Of a stretch of DNA of 64,000 nt, positions 34,620 to 47,934 are shown in pieces. Origin of the DNA: Octopus vulgaris (taxonomy: Eukaryota); NCBI GenBank assembly GCA_951406725.2, contig OX597819.1, positions 94,736,001 through 94,800,000 of the forward strand. The letters are read 5' to 3'. The notes beneath the pieces are model-generated. The model made no database searches, was not told the DNA's origin, and worked only from the letters and a program-made list of their open reading frames with translations. The translations under genes were made by a program, and so were the position numbers. The number at the start of each line of letters is the position of its first letter. Within the stretch, counting starts at the first letter, position 1.

Positions 34620-36130
34620 ATAACTGAATAACATTATTTTAAACTATTGAGTTTCTTAATATAAAATGAATTATTGCACTAGAAAAAGCCCCTGGTCTAT
34701 CAGAAGTTACTTCAGAAATGCTTAAACTATCTGGCAGAATGAGATACAGCCTGGTCATCTGTAGAGTTAATCAAGTTGTACAGAAAGATATCATACCCAA
34801 TAACTGATGTAGTGGTATTAAATACACTATTGCAAGGGTAAAGGAAATATCTAAGAAAGGAATAAATAAATACAGCAGTATGAATTTGCTGGACCAGCAG
34901 TATGAAAGTTACAGACAAAGTTGTAGGTCATTTAATTATGGTGAAAGTTAGACTAGATAAGAATGCGGTTTGGCTTTGTGACAGGGAGAAGTACTGCTGA
35001 TATCCTCTTCCTAGTAAGGCAATTTCAGGAAAGGTGTTTAGCCAAAAGTAAACTACTTCATTTGGCTTTTGTCAATCTGGAGAAAGCCTTCAATATTACC
35101 TCTTGCTCCTTGATCTGATGGTTACTCTGTCAGTAACTTAAGAGTTAGCATCAAGTAGTTCAATAAATTTACTGTAGAAGTAGTCCACCATGGTTTGGCT
35201 TTCAGTTCTATTTATCATAGTCCTCCAGACCAGAACTGAGGAATTTTAGACTAGCTGTTCATGAGAACTCCTTTATGCTGATGACCCTGTTTTTATTGTT
35301 GAATCTGTTGTAGCATTATAAAAGAACTCCCAGGCATGGAAGCAAAACCTGGAATCAAAGAGCCTTAATGTTAACTTAGCAAAGACTATAATTCTTATAA
35401 GCAGGAAACAGATAGTATGCTAATTCCTTCAAGAAAATAGCCTTGTTCGGTATGTTGAAAAGGAGCAGGTAAAAATTCCCTTCAGTGTACACTGTGCAAA
35501 CTATGGACACAAAAGAGGTGCAGTAGAGTCACAAGAAGATAAACTTTGTGGAAGATGTGTATGAGTGATAAATACTAAGAGCAACTAGGAAACATATTTT
35601 TTTCAAATGTCCAGGAGGATCATTAGAGGTAGGAGATAGTTTCTGTTACCTAGGTAACCTAATTAGCAGTGGAGAAGGATGTTCTGAAAGTATAGTTTCT
35701 AGAATATGAATTGGCTGGAGAAAGTTCAGAAGGCTATTATGCCTGATGGTAACAAAAGGTTTCTCTAAGAGTGTAAGGCAGATTGTATGATGCTTGTGTA
35801 TGGACAATTATACTGTATGGCAGTGAAATGTAAACCCAGAAGACATGTGTAGTCTACAAAGAAACAAAACTAGCATGCTCCACTGGATGTGCAGTGTCAG
35901 TGTACATGTGTGATAAAGTGTAAATGCCTTGAGAGAAAAATTGTGCATAAGTGGCATCAAATCTGGAGTGCAAGAGAGAAAACTGTGCTGGTATGGTGAT
36001 GTGATGCATATGGATGAGAAAAACTGCACATAGAAGTGCTGATCGCTGGATGTGGATGGAACTTGTGGAAGAATGACACCCAGGAAGATGTGGGGTGAAG
36101 TTGTGAAGTCCTCCTTATGTGGGGGAGGGA
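34620..36130 (+). mobile_element. Degenerate RTE-clade LINE in an RNF32 intron
   Basis: FVNLEKAF, LLYADD, a Cys-rich segment and KGRLYDAC remnants. A further 3' piece lies at about 36950-37660. Confidence 0.75.
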
Positions 36131-36577
36131 ACTAAGGATTGAGATGATTGGCAATTTTCTAGGCTTGAGAAAACCTCTGCCCTTCAGCAAAAATGAGGTC
36201 CTAAAGGTATATAATTTATGTCTATGACCCCCATACCCAATCAAGCCTCCAAAACTCATCTTCATAGAACTTATCCTTCTATCACACTTCTAACTACAGC
36301 ACTATTTACTCAGCTGCTATAATTGTACAAGACCAGAACTGCACATGTTTTACCTCCAGTTTTCCCTCTCCTTAGAACTACTAGAAAAGTAAAAATACTT
36401 GGGATAATAATAACTGAATATATGTTCTGTATGTAGCGTATTTGTCAACAAATGCTAATCAGTTAATGTAGAAAATGTGCAATATGCCATTAAGAACAAA
36501 AAATTTTTTTAATCTTTTAGCCACTGGCTTTAATTCTTGGTATTGCTTTCTTTTCAATGTGATCTCTTGACAAAAAG

Positions 36578-36664
36578 GACAGTCCTCTACCAAGCTTCCA
36601 AAATTCCCCTTTGAGAAGGTACAAGCTGAATATGTACTTGATGCGGCTCCATCACTTTCACTTG
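36578..36664 (+). CDS. RNF32: RNF32 coding exon 2 (GC donor)
   Basis: ...EKVQAEYVLDAAPSLSL matches human EYVLDPKPPPLTL. The AAG acceptor is weak and inferred; the donor is G|GCAAGT. Confidence 0.75.
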
Positions 36665-39364
36665 GCAAGTATTGAAATTAACTTTGCAGATTAATTCTAT
36701 GTGTGTGTGAGTGTGTGTGTGTCTGTCTTTTTTTAACATTTGTGCTCCATGAGAGTTGCTATGAGTGGTGATATTATTGACAATTTTATCTCCAAATTAT
36801 CTATTTGCTTCACACTTTCAAAGACATAAAATAAAAGATTACTAACTTGAAAATAAGTTTAGGGTTAGCAATAAGAAAGGTATCCACCCATAAAACAATG
36901 CCTCAATAATATATTCATCTAAATTCCTTGCATTGTACTCCATGTAAACTATGGAAGCAAATTAGCCTGCCAATGAAATCACTGGCAGATTAATGGAGAA
37001 GGTGAACATGATTTGTGGTATATACACAAAGATAATAAGCATTAAAGGCACACTGTAAATTGATTTTGTCAAATGTCCAGAAAGCTCTGGACATAGGTAG
37101 GTGACCTAATTAGTAATGGAGGTGGCTGTTCTGAAAGTATAGACGTTTGAGTAACAACAGGCTGGAGAAAATTTGAGATGCTATTACACTTCTGCTAGCA
37201 GCAAAGGTTTTCTCTCTCAAAGTGAAAGGCAGATTGCATGATGCTACTGTGTGAACTTGATGTAAAATAGTGAGACATGGATCCTGAATATGGGAGACTT
37301 GCAGAAGCTGGACGAAATTATAAGGTGAATATGCTCCACTGGCTCCTTAATATTAGTGTGTGTTAACAATTAGGTGTAGATTAACCAAGACAAAAATTGG
37401 CTATAAGTGAAATCAGATACAATGTATAAGAGGGAGATGTGTGCTGAAATGAGCTTGTGATTAGCATGAAGGTTGACAGTTAGATAAAAAAAGAAACCTG
37501 TATGAAATCTGTGGAAGAATGAGACCAAGGAAGACTTAGCATAAAGTGGTGCAACATCTCAAGAAAGTGATGATTAAGAATTATGTCAATAGGTAACATG
37601 GAATGCTGGAGAAGACCTAACCTCATGTAAGTGTGGTAAATCAAATGTTAAAAATAGTGATAGTAATGGAGACCAGGAAGTGTGTGTGTGTGTGTGTGCA
37701 TGTTTTAGGTCTCTCACTCAGTGTGTACTTGTTGCGTCTGCTGCTTTTCCTGCCTCTTTGATGCTCTTTCATTTCCCTACTACTCATCTCTCTACCACTC
37801 ATATAGTGTATTGCTCATCTTTCTAGCTTCCATCTCTCTATCACCCATCTCTCTATAATTCTCTTTTTCTCTTCATCCAACTTATTTTCTATCCACTATT
37901 ATGTGGCAAGTGTTAGTAAAATTGGTAGTACCCAGAACTCCCTGATGTCAGCCCTTTTATACTATTTGTCATGAGTCCCTCTTCTTCAAGTCACTTGTTC
38001 TTGACACCCATCACTTACACAGACCATTGTCCTTCTCTGTTACTATCCATCACTTCATCACTCTCTATTACCCTTTCACCCCAATCACTTTATTTCTACC
38101 ATCACTCTCTTGCCAGCTCCACTCAATCATCCTCATTCTTCAATCATCAATTCCTCTTTTAGACAACCTCTTGGTCACTTCCCTTGAGCAAACAAATCCA
38201 TCATAGAATAGTGATGATTAAAATGTCCACTATCCTATGATTTTTTAGTCTTACAGGATGCAAAAATTCAGTAGTGCCAGTGCCTTGATAAAATGCACCC
38301 AGTACTCTTTTTAAAGCAGTTAATAAATAAGTGAAGATAATATTAGATCAAGAGAACACTTTTACTCGTGATTAGGACATAAAATTGAAAGGATCACTTT
38401 TTACAAGTCAAATTTGTTCCAAACATATTCAGACTGATCTAAAGTCTTGTTTATCCTGCAACACTACTTTGCAAGCCTTCTATATAATTTGTTCAAGCCT
38501 GGTGGCCATTTGCTGCAGTTAGTGAATATTTTCTACTGATTTTCTATAAGGAAGCTATGACTTCCAAAGTCATTTCAGGGTTATCCTGCTTGGAATCCAG
38601 TGCTGACAATAGTTAAGGAGCTTGAAATGCATTCATCAGTCCACAGGGAGCACTTTAAATGGCTGTTCTCTGATGCAAGAAATGTTTCCTTGGCAAACCA
38701 CAATAAAAATGATCTTTTTACAGATCAGATATGTCCCAAACATATTTGAACTGATCTAAGTTTGTTTCTTTCACAACACTGCTTTGTGTGCCTACATTAT
38801 AACACACACACATATGCACATACACATGTGCACACACGTGCACACACGTGCACATACACATGTGCATATGCATATGTCTTTAGATGAGAGTATTGCCTAT
38901 CATATGATGCATAACTTTGGAAATATATTTTTGTCTCATCAAGAAATATGGCTTACATACAATAATTATAATTTAACTTTCATATATAATTTCTTGTTAC
39001 TTATACAAAATTATGAAATGAATACTAATTGTGAAAAAAAATGTTAATTACCTTAAAATAAAAATAAATTTAAAAATTTCTCATTTGAATAATATCTCCT
39101 ATAACTAATCTGTCATTTGCTCCCTCTCCCCACTCTATCTTTATGATTATTTCTCACTCTCTATGTGTGTAGTGTTCTTTTACTCTTTACCTGCCACCAA
39201 GCCAAGTATGTGCACTCATCCTGCACCTCTTATATTAACTCTCTCTCTGTACCTCACTTTTACTCTCTCTCCTCCCTTTTCTATATAATGCAAAATGTGA
39301 CTGGAGAAATCATCCAACAAAGCAATATTTATATCCACTATAATTATAATTTCATCTTTTGTAG

Positions 39365-39507
39365 CCCAGAAACTTGGTATTGTTGAATGCCCAGCAAAAC
39401 GGTTATCAGAATTTGACTGGAAGACTGTAAAAGAGAAATCTAACTCAAGACATGATTCTTGTCAACCATGTGTTATCTGTAAAGAAAATTTTGGAGAAGA
39501 ATCTCAA
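39365..39507 (+). CDS. RNF32: RNF32 coding exon 3
   Basis: (A)QKLGIVECPAKRLSEFDWKTVKEKS...DSCQPCVICKENFGEESQ, bounded by AG/GT. Confidence 0.92.
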
Positions 39508-39679
39508 GTTTGTTGATTTAAGAACAAATATTTTATAAATAGTGATGTTTTTTTTAATATTTTTCAGACTTGAAAATCTTAGCTAATCGTTTTGTTGTAG
39601 CTGTTTCATTCTGTCCTTAAATGTCTTAATTCCTTGAACTAAATTTCGAAAATTCAGACACATAATAAATAAGGTACTA

Positions 39680-40595
39680 TAAGGTTGTCTGGAAAGTTCT
39701 GAGTATTTTTAAGCTAAATTTCTTAACATTTCATTGAACACACCTGAAATGTAACACAGTTAAAACTTTGGCATTGCTTGAAGTGGTAGTGCATCTCTTC
39801 TTTGTTCCTGACTAAAAATAGATTTATCTTTCATTCTTGTTACTCCTTATTAACATTTGAAATAGATAACCAAACATTTCCTATTCACTCTGTCATGCTT
39901 TTCGTTTTTTTTAAAAGGAAAAAATGCTGCAAAGTCTTGCAAAAACATTTGTGAAGTTTATGATGATGCTGCTGTAGGTTAATCAACTGTTTGAAGGTGG
40001 TTTGCAAAATTTAAAGCTGGAGAGTTTAGCTTTGAAGATGACAGTCACAGTGGAAGATCTTCAAAATTGGATGAAGATGTTTTGAAGGCAAAAATTAAAG
40101 AAAACTCAAATATCACAACTAGAGAACTTGCAGAGGAGTTGGAAGTTTCTAGAAGTATCGCTCATGAATACCTAGTGAAGCTAGGATACATTTCACGCTA
40201 TAATGTATGGGTCCCTCACAAACTCTCAGAAAAGAATTGCTTGGACTGGTATTCCGTTTGTGATATACTTTTGAAACAGAACGAGAGCATGCCTTTTTTG
40301 AAACAACTTGTGACTGGAGATGAAAAATGGATTGTGTATGGAAATGTGTGTAAAAGATCCTAGAGTTTGTGTAAAGATCCCCAAAAATAGCAAGATGAAT
40401 ATCCATGACAAAAAAGCTATACTTTGTATTTGGTGGGATCATAAAAGTATTATTTATTATAAGCTTCTCCTACAAAACGAGACCATTAATTCTGATGTGT
40501 ATTGTCGTCAGCTGGCTAATTTGAACCAAAAAATCAAAGAATTGAGGCCAGAGATTGCCAACAAGAAAGAGGTAGTGTTCCAACAGCAAAATTAA
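39680..40595 (+). mobile_element. Truncated mariner (DD34D)
   Basis: TIR TAAGGTTGTCTGGAAAGTTC; WVPHKL, LVTGDEKWIVY, LCIWWD and ETINSDVYC. Confidence 0.88.
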
Positions 40596-41059
40596 CTTGC
40601 TCTCAAGTTGGAATTGAGACAATATTGCTCCTGAGAAACAAAATTGTAGACTTATCCTTTGTAAATGAACCATCTTGTAAGATACTGTTCTATTTTTAAA
40701 AATTGGCATCGCCATGATTTCAAAACCTTGCATTACTCTCCAAGTGGGAAGGAGAGGAGTATAGTTCATTGAATTTTCCCATTTGTATGACAACAATGAC
40801 GACCATCATCATCATCATCAGCAGCAGCAGCAGTAGCATAATCTTGTTTATTATAGGTACAAGGCCAGAAATCTTGGTACTAGACAAATACACCAACCCC
40901 AGTGCTCAACTCACACTTAATTTACCAATCCAGAAACAATGAAAGGCAGTGAAATTTGAACTCAGAATGTACGGACATACAGACATATAGACAAAATGCC
41001 AGTAAGCACGTCATATTGCATGCTAACAGTTCTGTCAGCTTACTGCGTTAATAATAATA

Positions 41060-41600
41060 AAGCAGAGACACAACAAGGTAGCCAAAACCTTCTCTGGCTA
41101 CTATGCCAGAAGTATGGATACAAGGCAACAGGTGCTTGGTACCAACATACATTGAAAAAAGTAATGAATAAAAAGAGGAAGGCAAAGATCCAGACAGACA
41201 AGGTGTTAGAACATCAAAGGCCTGACATAGTAACCTTTAGGAGGGACAAACAAGAATACCAAATAACTGATGTGGCAGTGCCAGGAGATCAGCATATTAT
41301 TTTGAAAGAAAGAGAAAAGATTGATAAATATGTAGATCTGAGAATTGAGATCACCAAGATGTGGTAACTCTGAGAGTCAAACGTAAAGGTTGTCTGAAGA
41401 AACATCTGGAAACATTAGAAATACCCTACAATCTAGGTGTATTGCAAAAATCAGCTTCACCTAGAACTACATGCATATTGTATAAAGTACTGTCTGTTTG
41501 AAGTCCTTGTTGTGACTTGACAGTCAGTACAAACCCTTGGTAAACACAATATCTTCGATCAACAACATCATGGTATTGAATACTGTGCGATATCTTAAGT
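41060..41600 (+). mobile_element. R4/Dong-clade LINE 3' fragment (restriction-like endonuclease)
   Basis: RHNKVA...WYQH...IQTDKVLEHQRPDIV...DVAVPGD...EKIDKY. Flanked by TAA-type repeats, the known Dong target. Confidence 0.75.
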
Positions 41601-42084
41601 AATAATAGTAATAGTAATGGTTTCAAATTTTGGTACAAGTCCAGCAAGTTTTGGGGAAGTGGGTAAGTCGATTACATCGACCCCATTGTTCAGCTGGTAT
41701 TTTATTGACCCTGGAAGGATAAAAGGCAAAGTTGACCTCAGCAGAATTTGAACTCAGAATGTAAAGATGGATGAAATGCCACTAAGTACTCTACCTGGCC
41801 TGCTAACAATTCTGCCAACCCTTCAGTCAGTTATGAACGTTACACAGTCACTTTCTCTTTGTGTATAAATTTTCTAGCCTCAGTCTAAGTAAGAATTCAG
41901 TGTTAATATTATTATTATGAAAGCAGCAGCTTCTGCTGAGGTCAACTTTGCCTTTCATCCTTTGGGGGGTCGATTAAATAAGTACCAGTTGAGCACTGGA
42001 GTCAATGTAATTGACTTAATCCCTTCCCCAAATTTGAGGCCTTGTACTTCCAGTAGAAAGGATTATTAGGACAACAGCAGCAGC

Positions 42085-42103
42085 AATAGTAGTAGTGGTT
42101 GTG

Positions 42104-42153
<50 letters not shown>
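42085..42153. repeat. (TAG)n microsatellite
   Basis: Directly visible in the sequence. Confidence 0.95.
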
Positions 42154-42244
42154 TAGAATATATGAATAAATTGATCAGCAAAACTTGAGTTGATGAGTAA
42201 TCATTGGATGAATCTGTGTGTATTATCTCTGTTATGTATTTCAG

Positions 42245-42277
42245 GTGCTGCTTTCTTGTTCACACGTCTTCCATAAG
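42245..42277 (+). CDS. RNF32: RNF32 coding exon 4 (33 nt)
   Basis: tttcag|VLLSCSHVFHK|gtaact, identical to the human RING-H2 segment. Confidence 0.92.
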
Positions 42278-42690
42278 GTAACTATAATTATTCAAAACAG
42301 ATTTGATATGTCTATAATTTCATGTCACTTCAGATAGTTAATCTCTCTCCAGGAAGCAATGCAATTAATATTTTTGGTGAGTAACTCTGGTTAGCTTTAC
42401 TCAAGCAGACTTAAGCAACTGAATTTTTAATTACTGGTGATAATGTGTTAAAATTTGTAACATTTGATATCATATACATATAACTGAAGATTTATTAGCA
42501 TTATATTAGGTTTCATTTTATTTTTAAATACCAAATCCCAATGCAAGGCAAAACAACATACATTTTCTAAGGTTTTACATCAAGTTTCCTAAATGATGTA
42601 AACATATTTGGTACAAATTGCTGGTGTAACTTTTTTTTAAGATTTTATAAATTATTACTCAATAGCAAAAGAGAAATACTATATTAAATA

Positions 42691-42994
42691 CTAGCAGTAT
42701 TGCCCAGCGTTGCTCGGGTTTGTAAGGGAAATGACTGTATAAGCATTTTTAGAGAGTTACTTCCCTTATATAAACCAAGCAAAAAATGCATTAAAAATGC
42801 GGAAAAATGATGGTAAATTTTTTTTAAATCGTAGACTCATCGTAGACACGCGCTAATACCCAGAAGGGCTCGATATGAATCACAACTATAAGATACCCGC
42901 TTTTGGTTAAACTGCACTGCAAAATGTGGGAGTAGTTAGGAATCTAAATTGGAGTAGACAGACTCTCACACAACTTCATTTTTATATATAAAGA
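42691..42994 (-). mobile_element. Non-autonomous Helitron copy
   Basis: Same family as 28169-28559, with an internal deletion. Confidence 0.85.
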
Positions 42995-43359
42995 TTAGCC
43001 AAATAAAGAAATGTATGATGATGTTTTCACTAAGGCCAAAGCAGAACATCTATAAAAGAATTTACTTCATGAAGCATTCTAGCATCATAGCTTCATAGCC
43101 ATATTCTTTATGATTGTGCCTTAGAAGCCAAAGTTGAAGATTCTTCTTTTTTCATGATGATCTTCATTTAGGAGAGATTATTGAATAATCACACACTGCT
43201 TATATTCAAGATGGTTTTCCAGATAATTAAGAAGTTTGATGTGAGGCTGTTCATATTCTTTTTCAAAATGGAATTTGTTTCTAAACAAAATTATATATAA
43301 ACACTTCCTATTCAATGGGCAGAGGTCTGAATAATATCTTTTATATTATTACATAATAG

Positions 43360-43509
<150 letters not shown>

Positions 43510-44172
43510 TAGTACTAAATGCTAGATGCCATTTTTTTTTTAACTTTTAAATGATTATATGTTGAACTTTTAGAACCAGTAATACATTTTGTTTGAGTTG
43601 ATTAAACGAGGATGACCAATCACTGCTAAGGTACAAGATTAAAACAGTGATGTTTTTAAAGGCCAGAATTGAAAATCCCTCATACTACACAAGCCTTTTC
43701 TCATTTCTGAAGTCTTGAGCAAAGTCTTGTGTGTAGTGTTTGAGGGAATGAGACAAATGTGGATGATGAGAGATTTTCAATTCTGGCCTTTAAATACATC
43801 ACTGTTTTAATCTTGTACCTTAGCAGTAATTGGGCATCCTTGTTTAATCAACTCAAAGAAAGTGTATCACCTTCTGAAAATTTTTCTATTCCCATTTTTC
43901 CACTCGTCAACAATATGCAAAAGTTGAAGCTGAACATCAGCTGCATTGGCTACCTTGTCAGAGGGTCTACAAAGGTGTGCGCTGCTACATCAGAATACAT
44001 GGTAAATTGTTTTAAATCTCAGTTTGCCTTCAACTGGTTTATAAATGACAAGTTGAAAGAAAGCTGCTCTAAATTCTTAAATGATTATTAGATTTAATCC
44101 GTTCGTTAATATAATAGCTATGAAATGTAGGTAGTTTGTTTTTAGAGTCAGCACAATTATGAAAACAGCTGA

Positions 44173-44493
<321 letters not shown>

Positions 44494-44712
44494 TGAGTAG
44501 CACAACATACACACACACATATATGTGCGTGCATGTGCACACACACACACACACACAGGTACACAAACCAACAGACAGACACACACACACATGTACACAT
44601 ATGAAGTGTGAGTGTGCATATGTGTGTAGACTTTGTCATCTCACGCAGTTGGTTGTCATTCTTTTGACCTGCTGTCTGTCATGCTGTTATTTATTCTTTC
44701 TATTTCTAATAG

Positions 44713-44871
44713 TTGGAAGAAATTGTTGACAAGACACTTAAAAGTTACGATATTGGTGTTGATGAATTCTTGGAGGAAATGGATCAGAGTATTGCAGCAC
44801 ACCGTCAACTGTTTAATTCCTTCAATCACTGCCAGATTGGCTTGGAAGAATGGAAAAAGATCAAATCAAAG
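44713..44871 (+). CDS. RNF32: RNF32 coding exon 7
   Basis: LEEIVDKTLKSYDIGVDEFLEEMDQSIA...EEWKKIKSK|gtgagt. Confidence 0.9.
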
Positions 44872-45907
44872 GTGAGTAGAACATTAGCAAAATAATTTCA
44901 AGTCATAAAATTCTCCTGAAGAATAATTTCAGAAAGATGAAAAGTTTTGAAAGATCTTTTTGAAAATAATTTTGAAATAATAAAAGCATACAGTATCGAA
45001 AAATGAATTTCAAAGATAATCATTGCATTACATGGTGGTGCTCTATAATGTATAATATTGTCCTTTGCCTCCAGAATTGGTTTATTGTGTTAAATAATCA
45101 ATGAATATTTATTATCTCATACTTGAATGAAATAAACATTGGTTATACTTGCATAACAAATGGAATAATTTATTTGATGCTTCCTAACTAGATGCTGCTT
45201 TGTATTACCTCTATTGTCATGCAGAGAGTGACCTTTCCATATAGTGTCCATGGATAAGTTGAGCTTATTCTATTTCATTTTTGACAGGTGGCTTGATACG
45301 CTATAAACTCAGTCAGTGACAACTTTCTGCTAAAGTTAGGTTGTAGAAAATTTGATGTAATAAACTAAAAACATTTTAATTAATTAAAATTATACACTCA
45401 GTGGTGAGAACAATCATAATCTAAATGATTAGTTTTGATTTTTAAAAAAATAAGGGGCACAACTTCAAAATTTTAATTAATTAAAATGAATTGAATATGG
45501 AATGTATCCAGGAGCATTAAATTTGTAAAGTGCTTATATTTTATTTAATCTCTTTGAAGAATGTAAGCAGAGTTAAATAAACATGACTAAAACAACAAAA
45601 AGAAATAAGTCTCAGGATTCTTCAGAAACTTCATTGTATGTAATACATTAGTGATTGACCAGATTGCAAATATCTTGATCCAGGTGCCATTGCACTATAT
45701 TTTATAGTATGTGGGGTTACATTTGATATCATTTAATAGTAACAAGGCAATTTTAGTTTAGATCAACTGTATGCTATTCATATGTAGCAAGCCATACTAA
45801 TTATTTTCAGGTAAACATTGCATTCCAGGGAGTAAGATTCTAAATTTAAGATGTCTCCTTTAGAAAGACACTTGCTTACAGTTTGCATATGGTTGAATGC
45901 CTGATTA

Positions 45908-46560
45908 CACTGTGCAACAAATTTCAGGTTCAAAAAAAGTACAAGTTAAGTAAGACTTGTATCTGGGTCAAAAGATTGTCCTGATTCTGATTCTGACCTT
46001 TATTTCTCCAGATTAGGCACCGTTTTCCTGTACCATGAACCATATGTTTTATAATATATTGCATAATATTGCGTATTGAACACAACGTTGCAAATGGTGA
46101 AAGTTACAAAAAACAAAACAAAAATTTAGTTGGTATAATAAAACATATATTGGCTATGAATTAAAAACACACCTGACAGTTTAAACAATTTTTGTCCTTC
46201 TAAGCCTCTTGTGCGGAGTGTGATCTTTTTTTATACCCCAGCAGTTGTCTGCCAACATACCACGGTCCCATTTTCCTTTGAATCATCGCTCCATCACTGA
46301 AATATCCTAATGGAATCTTTTGCCATGTTCATCACTCACATTACCAAGATTTTCCGCAAAAAAATCCAAATGAGAGTGAAGCACATGAACTTTTAGAGAC
46401 ATGTTACATCCCATATCATGATACCAGGCACTCAATGTCTTCACACATGTAAGGCAACACACATGAGGCGCCCATGACTTATCCTGGTCTCCTAAGTAAC
46501 AATCGAAGTATGCCTTGTATATTTTCTTGATATGGCATGTAATACTGTGCTTTTCTTTAG
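45908..46560 (-). mobile_element. Chapaev3-like DNA transposon remnant
   Basis: YFDCYLGDQDKSWAPHVCCLTC fused by deletion to GCNMSLKVHVLHSHLDFF..SDEHGKRFH; terminus CACTGTGCAACAAAT. The family assignment is from recall. Confidence 0.6.
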
Positions 46561-46569
46561 CAAAAGTCA

Positions 46570-47196
46570 CTCTATGTCACCACCACTGAAAAAGTTCAAG
46601 ATGCAAAAATCAGCTGGTAAAATCATGGCGACTGTCTTTTGGGATGCTCAAGGTGTCATTCTGGTCAATTTTCTGCCAAAAGGAAAAACAATAAACTCTG
46701 AGGCCTATATTGAGACCCTAATGAGGCTCAGAGCAAGAATCCGATGAGCAAGACCCAACTTGCCAATTGACAATGTCCTCCTTCTGCATGACAATGCTCA
46801 ACCACACACGAGCATCAGGACAAGGGAGACAATGGTCTCATTTGGGTGGAAAACTTTACCGCATCCTCCATATTCACCTGATTTAGTGCCTTCAGACTAT
46901 CATCTCTTTGGCCCCATGAAAGAGGGTTTGAGAGGCAAACATTATTCCAGTGATAAAGAAGTGAAAACTGTTGTGAAGAAGTGGCTCAAAGAACAGCCAA
47001 CAGAATTTTACGGGGCAGGGATACAAGCTCTCGTTCAAAGTGGAATATAGCTATTGTGAGAAATGGTGACTATGTTGAAAAGTAGGGATGTGATCCACAG
47101 AGGACCAGCTTCATTTTGATGTATGATACATGTTCCTGTGTTGGTAATTATGCCCGTCTTAAACAAAATGGCATTACTTTTTGACTCACCCTTGTA
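46570..47196 (+). mobile_element. mariner 3' half
   Basis: SAGKIMATVFWD, LLHDNAQPH and HPPYSPDLVPSDYHLF; TIR CATTACTTTTTGACTCACCCTTG|TA. Confidence 0.9.
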
Positions 47197-47640
47197 ATAC
47201 CAAACTAGATCCAAAGTAAGAAACCAAAAGTAATAATCCTCTTCTTCACCACTAGTACATGCATCAGTGGATGAGACTCCTAATTTATTAATAAAGATTG
47301 TTATTTTAAATCCACTCTGATACTATTCCTTTACTAGTTTCAGTCATTGGACTGTGGTTATGCTGGAGCACCACATCAGAGAATAAGATACTTAATGATG
47401 ATTAGAAGTAAAAATGTAATGTAGATGTAAATATTAAGAAAAGATAATTAAAATTAATCTGTAAAGATGAAGTTAATGATTGAAAAATTGAAGAGCATAC
47501 TGCTAAAAGTGCCTGAGACATTTATTTTTGTTTTGTGTGATTTAAAGAATAGGGCTTTCAATTATAATTTTTTTAATAACAAATCACTAAGAGAATATAA
47601 GTTTAAATTACTTTTTAAAAAACAATCTCTTTTTTTACAG

Positions 47641-47934
47641 GCTCTACAACGTGAACATTTGGACTGTCCCATTTGTGTTACTTCAATAACTGTTGATAAT
47701 GGACCAATTCCTGAAACAAACTCTCTATTTGATTTGGAGTGCAGATCTCAGGATCTTTCTGGAATACCATACACTTCAAATTCACCAAAACGAGTAGCTT
47801 TGCTTTTGTCATGTTCCCATATTTTCCATAAAACCTGTCTAGAGACATTTGAATCTTTTATGAGAGATTCTGCTCCACTGGTATGTCCTGTATGCAGATC
47901 ATCGTACAGCAAAAGGTTATTGTCAGCCATCTAA
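47641..47934 (+). CDS. RNF32: RNF32 coding exon 8 (second RING-H2, stop)
   Basis: ALQREHLDCPIC...LLSCSHIFHKTCL...CPVCRSSYSKRLL*. The joined exons total 1104 nt, or 367 aa, in one frame. Confidence 0.93.
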   Translation, partial: ALQREHLDCPICVTSITVDNGPIPETNSLFDLECRSQDLSGIPYTSNSPKRVALLLSCSHIFHKTCLETFESFMRDSAPLVCPVCRSSYSKRLLSAI

